Shown here piece by piece: positions 25,501-38,743 of a stretch of 64,000 bases of DNA. Position 1 is the first letter of the stretch. Each line of letters begins with the position of its first letter. Position numbers and translations under genes: made by a program. The notes under the pieces were generated by a model, which was not told the origin of the DNA, made no database searches, and was given only the letters and a program-made list of their open reading frames with translations. Origin of the DNA: Octopus vulgaris. Taxonomy: Eukaryota. Location: positions 71,362,001 through 71,426,000 of the forward strand of contig OX597816.1 of assembly GCA_951406725.2 (NCBI GenBank). Reading direction: 5' to 3'.

Positions 25501-26583
25501 GGGCTACATACAGAGGGGACAAACAAGGACAGAGAAATGGATTAAGTCGATTATATTGACCCCAGTGCGTAACTGGTACTTATTTAATTGACCCCAAAAG
25601 GATGAAAGGCAAAGTCGACCTCAGCAGAATTTGAACTCAGAACGTAACGGCAGACGATATACCACAAAGCATTTCGCCTGGCGCGCTAACATTTCTGCCT
25701 GCTCGCCAGTATGGTATGTTATTAATGGTATGTTCCTCTACATACCATTAATAACATGCTATTGAATAAACTTCCAGAAGTCTTCATTTACAACTCAATT
25801 GACAGTGTTGTTGATGATCAGGATAGTGTCAACTATCCCATCGAATTCTTTAACCCACTACAACCACCAGGTACAGCTCCTCATTGTCATCAGCTGCAAA
25901 AAGGACTCCTATTATATTAGTGCATAATTTGCCTCAACAAAAATTATGTGATGGTACAAGATTAATTGTTTGCAAACTTCATTGACTCAAACATTCTCAC
26001 TGTTCATAGTAAAGGCTTATGTACTACGAAATAAAACAAAAAAAAAACATTGTTCATAAAGAAATATTCACTCTTAATGCAACATGAATACTTCAGTAAC
26101 TTCATTTACCATTACTATCATTATATTCAAGAATGACTAAATTACCTATTTCAATGGACTGTATTATATAATTTTCATTACTGTATTGATAAATAAAATA
26201 ACACATACATCTCATTTATTATTATCATGTAATAAACAAACAGAATTTCATGTATAAAAATGATCTTTTTTCTGCTTCAATTATTAAATGCTTTTCTCTT
26301 ATAAAAATATTATATCTTTGCCATTACTGTATAGATAAATATAATACCACATACAACTCATTATTGTCATACCATAAATTAACACAAGTTTATATTGATC
26401 TTTTTTCTACTTAAATTATCACATGGTTTTCTCTTCTAAAAATATACACATACAGGAGGAGTAAATTATACATATAATAATACTTTCAATGTGTCTCCCA
26501 ATAAACAGTAAAAGTAATTAACCGATCAATGACGGGTTTTACTGCTAGTATATATACTATATAGTATATATACTATATACTAT

Positions 26584-26634
<51 letters not shown>

Positions 26635-29134
26635 GTTTACTTTCAGTTTTTGTCGACCAAATCCACTTGCAAGGCTTTGGTTGGCCTGAGGCTATAGTAG
26701 AAGACACTTACCCAAGGTGCCACACAGTGGGACTCAACCTGGAGCAATGTGATATTATATATAATGATGGTCTTCTTCCAGTTTTCAACTACTAAATTCA
26801 CTCACAAGACTTTGTTTGGCTCAAGGTTACTGTAGAAGAAGCTTGTCCAAGGTGCCAGCAACCAAATGAATATAGCTTTCAGAGTACAGCAGATGGAACC
26901 TCAACAGTAAGATCAAACAAAAGAATGGTGAAGGTTTCAAACAACAAACTTCTATATTATTTTTTCTATGTTAATTAAATATTTGATAAAATTATTTACA
27001 ACAGTAATTCTGCCTCTTAAAAGTAAATGAAATTGTTGCTGTTGTAATACAAACTAGAAGATCTAAGCTGTCCAAAGCTGAGCAGATTCCTTTCATCATC
27101 AACATCATCAGCATCATCATCTACAGCAGCAGTGGTAGTCACTGCATTGTCATTTATCTTCCATCCTCCATGCTGACATAGACTGGCCAGTTGAACAGGA
27201 TTCAACAAGTCAGAGAACAGTATTGTGTTCCAGTGCCTACTTTGGTATGGTTTCTATGGCTAGAAGCTCTAACTGATACCGACCACTTTACAAAGTGGTC
27301 TGGATGCTTTTTTTGTTTGTTGTTCAGGCAATTGTGAGTTCACCAAGTAACTTGCAAGACAAAAGAGCCTCTTTGATTGAGTGGGCACAGAGAGAAAGTT
27401 TGCTTTATGCCAGGTATTGAAAGGTTTGAAAACAGTAGATGGACAGGAACAGGTGTTATGTTGTAATGAAGATAAGTGGCTATCCACAATATAAAAGAGT
27501 TAGGCAGTAGTCGGAAAGAGAGATAAAAATGATGGTGACAGATGCATAGCAGCACTTTTATAATTTTGATTACTGAAAACGAGCCTAAAAAAACAGAAAA
27601 TTTAGAATGCAAATTCTGTGCAGCTTTTTCCTTATTATTCCTTAATTTAACATTTGAATTTCTAATCCCACCAAATATTATGAAGAAATGATTATCTCCC
27701 TTGTCCATCAAGGACAGACATGTTAAATGATATGTATGTATTATCATTAATTATAAATATTTTAATATTATATTATCAGGGATTCAGCTACTGTGTTATT
27801 GTTATCATCAGCATTGTTTGAATAAGCTTAGGGTTATGGTCTTCTCCAGTGAAGTCTCTTGCCACTTGTAGTCCCTTATTTTCTTTGTCAGTATTTCAAT
27901 AACATATTTGTATTGTCAGTGTTAAGAGACGTTCTTTCTCCCTTTTTGCAGACACTTTCTGAAGGAATTATTGAAGAAGTGTCATGACACACGCCATGTC
28001 TTATACATTTCAACTTGACACAGTCCATTGGTCTCCAGGTGCGACCACAGCCAATTTTTCCAGAGAGAAAAGAATCAAACACAGCACTGAACTATTACTT
28101 AATTTATCGATCTCAAAAGGATAAAAAGTAAAGCTGACCTCAGTGGGTTTTGAACTTGGAACACAAAGCTAGGCTGAATGCCACAAGACATTCTACTGGA
28201 TGCTCAAACGTATCTGCCAACTCATCATCTTTATTATGATACATGATTGGAATTTTAATAAAATAACCATGAGATAATATGTGTATACAATAGGGTAGCA
28301 AGCTGGCAGAATCGTTAACACGCCAGGTGAAATGCTTAGCGGTATTTCGTCTGCCGTTACGTTCTGAGTTCAAATTCTGCCGAGGTCGACTTTGCCTTTC
28401 ATCCTTTTGGGGTCGATAAATTAAGTACCCGTTACGCACTGGGGTTGATGTAATCGACTTAATCCATTTGTCTGTCCTTGTTTGTCCCCTCTGTGTTTAA
28501 CCCCTTGTGGGTAGTAAAGAAATAGGTATTTCATCTGCCACTACGTTCTGACTTTGAATTCCACTGAGGTCGACTTTGCCATTCATCCTTTTGGGGTCAA
28601 TATAATTGACTTCATCTGTTTGTCTGTCCTTATTTGTCCCCTCTGTGTGTAGCCTCTTGTGGACAATAAAGAAAGAAGAAACGTTAGCACGCCGGGTGAA
28701 ATGCTTAGCAGTATTTTGTCTGTCTTTACGTTCTGAGTTCAAATTCCACCGAGGTCAACTTTGCCTTTCATCCTTTCAGGGTCAATAAATTAAGTACCAG
28801 TTGCATACTGAGGTTGATATAATCAACTGGCCCTGCCCACATTCAAAATTATGGGCCTTGTCTTAGAGTAGAAAAGAATATATGTATACAATATAATAGT
28901 TCTAATATAGCAACTCTTGTGTAAGGCAAAATCATTAGCACACTAGGTAAAATGCTTAGTGACATTTTGTTCATCTCTGTGATCTGAGTAAAAATTCTGC
29001 TGAGGTCGACTTCATCTTTCATCATTTCAGGGTCAATAAGATAAGCACCAGTTGAACACTAAGATTGCTGGCCTTGTGCCAAAATTTGAAATCAACATTA
29101 TGACTAGCGTAGTTAAATGAATTTGAATTGTATT

Positions 29135-29790
29135 TTCATAGTTGATCAAATGTTTGGAATCTTACAAGAATTAGCTGATAAAATGTTTAAACATCTTAAT
29201 CAGTTGATCAAAAGTTTAAATTGTCTTAAATGAATTAATTAATCAGGTGTTCACAATGTTTATCTCACAGGAATTAGTTGATCAAATGCTTAAATTGTTT
29301 GTTTCACAGGAATATTTGATCAAATGTTTCAACATTTTGGCCTTACATGAATTGGTTTATGCAAATGCTTCAACTGTTTATCATACATGAATTATTCAAT
29401 TGAATGTCTGAACTTTTGAATTTGTTAATCAAATTTTCGAATTGTTTGTCTTACTTCGGTTAGTTGATCAAATGTTTAAGGAACTGCTTGTCATACTTGA
29501 ACTAATTAAGCAAATATTTGAACAGTCTGCCATACAGGAATGATTTGATGAAATGTTTGTATTCTTGGATTGGTTGATCAAATGTTTGAACTGCCTGTAT
29601 TACATAAATCAGTTGAGCAGATGTTTGAACTTTCAAATCCATTGATCAAATATTTTGAACTGTTTATTATACATCAATCAATCGACTAAATGTTTGAGCC
29701 AGCTGTCATACACAAATTAGTGGACCAAAAGTTTGATCAGTTGATCAAATGTTTGAATATTTTGTCTAACAAGAGTGAGTTGATCAAATC
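29135..29790. repeat. Diverged minisatellite with 28-40-bp units and core AGTTGATCAAATGTTTGAA
   Basis: Roughly 18-20 recognisable units counted by eye. Confidence 0.75.
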
Positions 29791-32484
29791 TCTCTGAAGT
29801 AAACTGAAATATGTTAACCTGAATATAATTTACCTCAGTTTGGTCCATGCCACATTGTGAATATTTTCAATAGTTTAATAGAAGGAAAAGCAACATCCAT
29901 GGCTCTTTTCATGGTCAGTGAGTCTGGTGGGAGAAAGAGAGGGTGTTATTCTTAGAGCACCTAGTACATTACTGGCAACAGAGTGTTATCTATTAATGGC
30001 ATCCAAGGCTCAAAGAATGGTATTAATTGGGAGACAGATTAGGTGTAGAATTCAAAAACAGGCACAGCTCTTTCAATGAACTTTCATACAGTTTTTGTCG
30101 ACCAAATTTCATTTCACACACGAGGCTATGGTTGACCCAAGGCTATGATAAATGACATTTGCTCAAGGTTTCATGTGGCAGGATAATATCCCAAACCAAA
30201 TCAGAAACACTTATTTATTTTTTTCAAATATATAATTCCTGGAATTATGTTACCCATTGCGATCTTTATAGCTGCTATTCATAACAGACTGAAAAGTCAC
30301 ATAGAAGCTATTTTGGTTGTAAACCTAGCTTACTGAGATATTATTATTGACCACATGTGCACAGTGAAAGTTAAGAAAAAAATATTTTAAAAAAATGTCT
30401 ATCCCAAACATGTAACTCATCGTCATCATCATCATCATATAGCATGTTTTTCTTGTTGGCTTGGGTTGGATGGTTTGACAGGATCTGCTGTACTGCAGGG
30501 CAGTGACAAGTGCCAATGTCAAATTTTGGTATGGTTTAAATGGCTGGATGTCCTTCCTAATGCCAACCACATTACAGATTGCACTGGGTGCTTTTTATGT
30601 GGCACCAGCATTAGTGAGGTTACCATATAAGATGTTTAAACATTTTATCAGCTAATTCTTGTAAGATTCCAAACATTTGATCAACTATGAAAATACAATT
30701 CAAATTCATTTAACTACGCTAGTCATAATGTTGATTTCAAATTTTGGCACAAGGCCAGCAATCTTAGGTGAGAGGGTTAAGTCAACTACATGAACCCTAG
30801 TGTTCAACTGGTGCTTATCTTATTGACCCTGAAATGATGAAAGATGAAGTCGACCTCAGCAGAATTTTTACTCAGATCACAGAGATGAACAAAAATAAAA
30901 TAACACATACATCTCATTTATTATTATCATGTAATAAACAAACAGAATTTCATGTATAAAAATGATCTTTTTTCTGCTTCAATTATTAAATGCTTTTCTC
31001 TTATAAAAATATTATATCTTTGCCATTACTGTATAGATAAATATAATACCACATACAACTCATTATTGTCATACCATAATTTAACACAAGTTTATATTGA
31101 TCTTTTTTCTACTTAAATTATCACATGGTTTTCTCTTCTAAAAATATACACATACAGGAGGAGTAAATTATACATATAATAATACTTTCAATGTGTCTCC
31201 CAATAAACAGTAAAAGTAATTAACCGATCAATGACGGGTTTTACTGCTAGTATATATATATATATATAAGACCACTCAAATGAGGGGTAGAGTAGTATTG
31301 AGGGAGGTGGTTTTATGGCAGGTGATAAAAGATTAAAGCATGAAAGAGGGATAGGAACAAATGTCTTGGCAATAAATGCGGAAAAACTCACACAAAGAGT
31401 ATAAAGAAATTTGCAGAGGGTTGTGTATTCAACATTTTGAACATTGTCCTTTTTCAGATTAAAAATGGCAGAAAGAGAAATAAAAGATAATGTACTTTTA
31501 CATCTTCTATGGGGTGGATGCAACAAGGGTGATGAAAGATAGTAAGACAAGTGGGCTGGAGTCAGTGGTGTAGCTAAGAGGGAAGCAAGAGGAGTGACCA
31601 CTCCCTTCAAGCATATCTTTCAAAATTGGAGCCTTTTCAACAATTTTGTTTTTTTAAACTCTTTAGTTCACTTGTGTGATAAAAGTTGAATCTATTTTGT
31701 TTTTGTTAATTGCATGGCATTGGAAGAACTTTCTGGAGTCATCACTATATTTGACCAACCTCCTGTGATTTTGAACTGTCTGCTCAATCTCCTGTGATGT
31801 GTTGGTGATTGCTAGCATCTGAAGAACAGAAACAAACCCCAACATTATAACCTCTAACCTCTCGACACTGGACAAACCCATGCAGTTTTTATCTTTTTCA
31901 CATCAGACTTATATCAGTTGTTGTAAGTTTCATACATAATGACATTGTTACTGAGACGTGAAATTAAAAGATGTAGGATACAATTTTGTAAATTATAACT
32001 AATGAAGTATTTTGTGTAATATAAGAGAAATAAGTTAAAAATTGTTTAGTATGTGTCACTATGGCCTTTTTTTTATGCTTGTTCCCACTAACTTTAGAAC
32101 CTGGCTATGCATCTGGCTGGAGGAGATATGTGACTAGCCATTCTGAGGAACAGAGGTCATTATTGTGGCATAGTAGAAGAAAAGACAGAGAGAAGAGACA
32201 GCATACCTGTGGTCTAGGAGTTAGAGCATGTCTTTCTTTTGTTTCCCCTCTTTTCAGCTTCAACCTGAAGAACCACTTGACGTGTTAGATTTTCCACTCT
32301 CTATGGAAATTTCACTGGAATTTTTCAGCTGACTTTTCCATCAAGATGTCACACATCCAGTTCTACAGACCTGTGGTTATACTGCTGCAGAAAAGGATTG
32401 CAAGATAGATTTTTCAAGTTGAGCCAACTGGCAAGAGACCTAGGGGTAGACCAAGAGCAAGATGGTTAGATAATATTCATAGTC

Positions 32485-32736
32485 ACATTATTTACATTTG
32501 ACGAATATTTGTCCTCATCTTGTTTGTCGTTAACACAACGTTTTGGCTGATATACCCTCCAGCCTTCTTCAGGTGTCCTGGGGAAATTTTGAACCTGGGT
32601 TCTCTTTCCTAAGATATTTTTGGAATTGAACTCGGAACCTTGGGGTTAGTAGCCCGCACTCTTAACCACTACACAACATGCCCATGGACAATTATGGAGT
32701 GAATTTTAGGGCTTATAAATCTAAATATAGAACTGA
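32485..32736 (-). mobile_element. tRNA-headed SINE-like element with a hammerhead-containing 3' part, inserted in an RTE fragment
   Basis: tRNA-like head at 32622-32683 (TAGTGGTTAAG...GAGTTCAATTCC), hammerhead motif at 32532-32577, TSD ATTCATAGTC at 32475-32484 and 32737-32746. Confidence 0.7.
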
Positions 32737-34987
32737 ATTCATAGTCTCAGTTAACATTTTCGAATTCAACAGGAAAGTTTAGTGAGAATTGCTTCTGATG
32801 GGATCCTATGGAGGAAGTGTTCGAGGACTCTACTCCTACAAAATCTTTATAGGCATAACAGGCAGCAAAAATGGATGGATGGATGGATGGATGGAAGCTA
32901 CTTCTGGCATAGAAAAAAAAACCATGAATATTTTTGCCATCCATTCTTTGCCTTTAGAAATATGTTTAACCTTGCATCTGGTTACTCTATGTCCCTGAAA
33001 ATGTAAAAAATACAGAGTCACATACATGCAGTATTATAATATGCTCAATTGATTGTCAATTGATATCTTTTTCTATCTTTTACTAGTTTCATCATTAGCC
33101 ATTCCAGGGCCATTCTGGGGTGCTGCTTTGAAAGTTTTTTAGTCAAATGAATCAATCACAGCACTTATTTTTCTTTAAAGCCTGGTATTTAGTCTATTGG
33201 TCTTTTTAGCCAAACCACTAAATTGTTGGGGCATGAACACACCAACACCAGTGGAGGTGCAATGGCCCAGTGGTTAGGGCAGCGGACTCTCGGTCAGAGG
33301 ATCGCAGTTTCGATTTCCAGACCGAGCGTTGTGTGTATTTATTGAGCGAAAACACCTAAAGTTCTACGAGGCTCTGGCAGGGGGTAGTGGCGACCCCTGT
33401 TGTACTCTTTTGCTCCAACTTTCTCTCACTCTTTCTTCCTGTTTCTTGTCCCCAACTTCCTACACAACCGCTGAGCCTGGATGTGCATTCATCTATCTGT
33501 CGATGCTCTCGGTGACAGGGGTTGACCTGCTTTCTCTTCTGCGGGTCTTACGAATAGCAAAGGACCACGTTTCGAACTTCTACAGACAATCCTGAGGCGC
33601 GATCTTGCGAGCTCTGGGACTAAGACCGCTTCACTCAACAAACAAACAAACAAAACACCAACACCAGTTGTGGTGGAGGAAAAACACAGATACAAAGACA
33701 CACACACATGCACACATACATGTGATGGGCTTCTTACAGCCTCTATCTACCAAATGCATGCACAAAGCTTTGGTCAGCTTAACCCTTTCGTTACTGTATT
33801 TCTGTTGAGATGCTCTATGTATCTTTCAATTACTTTAAATATAACAAAGAATTTAGTGAAATAACTTGGTTATCATTAAGCTAGTGTTGGGAACATAAAT
33901 TGTGAATAAGGTTTGGTGGAAAATTTTAATACAAAACTTATGAAAACAAGACATTAGTACTCAGAGCCAGAGCTGGTTTCAGTCGAGTTGGTAATGAAAG
34001 GGTTAAGGCTAGAATAGAAAACACTTGTTCAAGGTGCCACACGATAGAGCTAAACCTAGAACCATCTGGTTGTGAAGAAAAACCTTCTTACCACACATCC
34101 ACGCCTGCACCTATAATAAACATTTCATATATACAACAATAACATAAAACCAAAGCAAAGAAAAAATTAAAAAAGAAAACAAAACACATTTTGGCAAACT
34201 TTAATGCCATTAAAAAAAAATATAACTGATAGTTTACAATGAATGTTTCGGAATCATTATTAATATTGTTATTATTATTATTATTTTTTAAAATTTTTAT
34301 AGTATTAATTTTTCTATCATTTTTACATCAACATTTCCATATTAACATAGAGGAGAGGAGATGATTTGTTTTGCATTTTTTGTGGCTTTTTTTTTTCAAG
34401 TTTTTATTTTTTAATATTTTTATTATTATCATTATCGTTATTATTCATTATCAGATTTTAATATTTGCATATGAATTGTTGGAGCAAGTTATTTTACAAA
34501 TAGATGTCCTTTCTTATAATAACAAACTGTTCAGATGTGAAGGTGGGAAGGTAATAACTAGTCTCTATTCTTTTTCTTTAGCTGAGACAAGCAAAGTAGC
34601 TAATTATGTATAAGAATATATATATATATATATATATATATGTATTCATTCAAAGCTGATGGTTCACTCCATTGCTGCTTAGAGATTCTCACTGTGTGCG
34701 ATCCTTCAGGTGACGAAAAAAAATGAATATATATGTATATATATAGATCCCATGCTTGAAAAGCAGTAAGGGTTAGTGACAGGAAGGGCATCCAGCTGTA
34801 AAAACAATGCCTCAATAATATATATCCATATAACCCATGCTAACATGGGAAAAAATGGATGTAAAAACAATCAAATGAACAATTGTGTGTATACATATAC
34901 ATATATAATATATATATATATATATATAATATATATATATATAATATTTATATATATATATATATATAAATACATATATATATATAT

Positions 34988-35029
<42 letters not shown>

Positions 35030-36699
35030 CTTGTAAAAGAATATAGGGGTTAAGGACCTCAAGAGAGAGAGAGAGAGTGAGAGAATGTGGTCCCAATAAT
35101 TGAAGTATCAACATTTCTACCTTATTGGGTTTCATCAGCTTCAGTATAATCAAGAACACATGGTCTCAATTCAGAATATATATACAATATAGAGATATCA
35201 TATAGATATCATACAATATGTAGCTGTCATATACAATATGCCAAAAATAGCATCTTAGAGTTATAAGAACAACCGATATAAATATTTTGAATATTTTCAG
35301 ATGAATTGGTGGCGCAGTGTATAACCATCCTGTCAGTATTTATCATACGATGGTGAAAGTTTAAAATAAGGATGTGACAATAACTACACAATATTCCATA
35401 GTCTTTGGTCTTTTATAATGTAACTGTTGTATTATGTTTAAACTAAGGAATGAATTCCTCAGTTATTGCAAAGCCAACAACTAGCGATAGTCTCTTAAAT
35501 TGGCCAACAAAATTACATTATAAGAGATGGGAAATGGGATTATGTGATGTTCATGCTTTTCTGCCAAGCATGAGTGAATGAAGAACAATGGCTATAAAAG
35601 ATAAGACATAGATATGCTCAGCTTAGTGGGAACTTACCATTTTCACATTACGATATTTACCACTTGAATTCCTATATCTGATCAATCAGACGGTTTTAAT
35701 AAAGTGTAGCAATGTGTTAGAATTGGTAAAGATTAACATGATAATAAAGATCTATAAGTTGTACTGATTATCAGATAATGAAATGAAATTTAGGCACAAA
35801 GCCAGGAATTTTAAAGGGGAGAGTTTAGTCAATTACACTGACACCAGTATACAACTGGTACTCATTATTTTATCAAGGATGAAAGGCCAAGTCAACCTCG
35901 GCAGAATTTGAATTCGGAATGTAAAGAGCTGTAAAAAATGCTGCAAGTGTTTTCTCCGATATGCTAACAATTCTGCCAGCTTGGTGCCTCAGTACTGGTT
36001 ATCATATGATACCAAGTTGGGACTCACAAAAATTTACCAAAGTTGAATTAAGTAAAATTCTTCAATGGTGCCAATGAAATAGAGATGAGTAAGGCTTATT
36101 ACATAGTAAACCATAGTGCCAAAAAAAGGGGAGACTGTCATAGGTACTAAAGAACTCAAAGCTACCATAATACCAGGATTTAAAAACCAACAAGGGGTAC
36201 ATAGTGCCAAGAAATAAAGATGGTGATTTCCTATACAGAATCAAATGACATTGACCAGCAAAAATTTACAAGACATAAGGACAAATGAATAGTAATGACC
36301 TCTAAGTGGTCAAGGGCACACACTGTTAAAGGTCAAAAGTTGGCATAAGTAACCACATATTAAGGATTGGCAATAAAGAGTCAAATCCTGATAGTTGTTC
36401 TTTAGCCCTCCAAGAAGGAAGGGTCAGCAGCATTTAACAACAATTATAAACAAGCAGAAATGGTAATAAAGGGGCAGACCACTGAGGGGTACAATTCCTT
36501 ATATGAACGGCTATCAGTTCAACAAAGTGTATATGGTAATACTAAGTAAGTGCTTTAGTATTGTTATCAATATTTAATAACATTTTGTCTGTGTGTATGA
36601 CATATTTGTATAGTGTTTTTACCATTAGTCTCAATGTTGCAAGCAACAACCTATACATACATAATATATATGTATATATAATGTCTTCACATCAGAGTA

Positions 36700-37261
36700 T
36701 TGTGACACATATTTTATTCTTTACACCAATAAATATGACAGTCTTGTGCATATAACTTTGTCTTACCACTAGTACATGTAGTGTGTATGTAGTTCAGCTT
36801 TCTACCAATAAAAAATGATAGAGTGTATATATATATATATATATATAGCCACTCATATCAATATATGTGATGGCATGAGTGTGTATATTTAATCCTTCAC
36901 ATCAATACACACAAAACTGTACTGTGTGTATATATTTCAGCCTTCCCAGTTACACATGTATGTATACAGCACTTCTATTATCATCTTTCTGCTGATATAT
37001 CCAAAATGTTGGATGTATATTTTTAAGCTTTTGCACAAATATATCTGACACTGAATGTACATTTTAACCTTCCCAGTAATAGACAGAGAGTATATAATAG
37101 CTGTCATACGGTACATTGAACACCACATGAATATTATAGCCTTTCCACCAAAATATATATACACATACATCGTGTGTATAAATTAACAATACAAAATATA
37201 TGACATTATATGTATAATCTACACAGTATGTAGTTTCGACTTCACATAATTACAGTGTATG

Positions 37262-37293
<32 letters not shown>

Positions 37294-37664
37294 GTGTATA
37301 TCTTTATCTTTGATACAAATAGCATTGTGTATAGATTTCAATCTTGATGCTAATACACATGCTTGTGTGTATATTTTAGCCCCAATATCAATACATTGAG
37401 TATATATTTTAGCATTAGCAATAATACGAGACACAGTGTGTATATTTTTAGTCTTCCAAGCAATACATGTACACTGCGTGTATATAACTCAACATACCTG
37501 ATAATACATGCAGCATAGTGTGTATAGTAATAGTCTTCCAGCAATAAATATACATTGGGTGTATATTTTAGCATTTACAATAATACACAATGCATTGTGT
37601 ATACTTTTAGCTATCTTAGTAATATATATATATATATATATGCATTGTGTGTGTATATATACAT

Positions 37665-37696
<32 letters not shown>

Positions 37697-38170
37697 CATA
37701 CATAGTGTATATTTTAGCATTAACAATGTTATACATGACACTGTGTGTATATTTTCATTCTTATCTGCAATATATATATATATATATATATACAGTGTGT
37801 ATATATTATATATAGAGTGTATATTTTAGCATTTACAGTAATACACGATGCATTGTGTATATTTTTAGGTTTCTCAGCAATATATATATATATATATACA
37901 TACATACTTACATTGTGTATGTACATATACATTGTGTGTGTGTGTGTGTATATATATATATACACACATAGTGTATATTCTAGCATTAACAATGATATAC
38001 ATGACACTGTGTATATTTTCATTCTCATCTGCAATATATACATTGTGTATTATATACAGAGTGTATATTTTAGTCTTCCCAGCAATACATATACATTGAG
38101 TGTGTATTTTGGCTCTCCCACCAATATATAGACATTGTGTATATTTTGACCTCTGCACCATTATATATGA
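36700..38170. repeat. Diverged minisatellite of about 35-bp units (GTGTATATTTTAGCATTAACAATAATACAT...) interleaved with (TA)n/(TG)n
   Basis: Recurrent GTGTATATTTTAG core. Confidence 0.7.
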
Positions 38171-38699
38171 AACAGTATGTGTGTGTATGTGTGTGTATGT
38201 GTGTGTGCGTGCAGATATATGTATGTATGTATTTTATGAGTTCACTTCAGCATAACAATGTCATTAACTAATTGTTAGAACTCATATATATATATATATA
38301 CATACATATATATATGTATATATATCAGCTTAAGTGTAAAACATTAGGAGAGTACAGAGCATGATATTAATTAACAAATGACAAGAGAACAGGTGTGTGC
38401 ATATGTAAATACAAATGTTTATGCAAATTTGCATATTTCTGGGTGTGGCTCCTCACCCTCAAACTGCATTACATTATTTATTTATAATTATATATATTTC
38501 TGAATGTAACCAATTCCATGCATTTAAATGCTTTACAAAATAAACATGGCACTTTATTTTAATGGCTCTAAGAAAGTTGCAGAACATTGCAAAAGCACTC
38601 AGCTCTGAGTGCACAGTTTTAACGGCAGAAACAACTGTAAGCTAATGAAGTTGATTTCAAGATGTCTGTTCCTTTGTCATTCATTAATAAATATATGTT

Positions 38700-38743
<44 letters not shown>

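Noticed and set aside
27888-28082. 64-aa minus-strand ORF
   Set aside because: It looks like a decayed RTE LINE 3' fragment rather than a host exon.
29135-29790. CRISPR-like repeat/spacer appearance
   Set aside because: The repeats are degenerate, the linkers resemble each other, there are no cas genes, and the context is eukaryotic.
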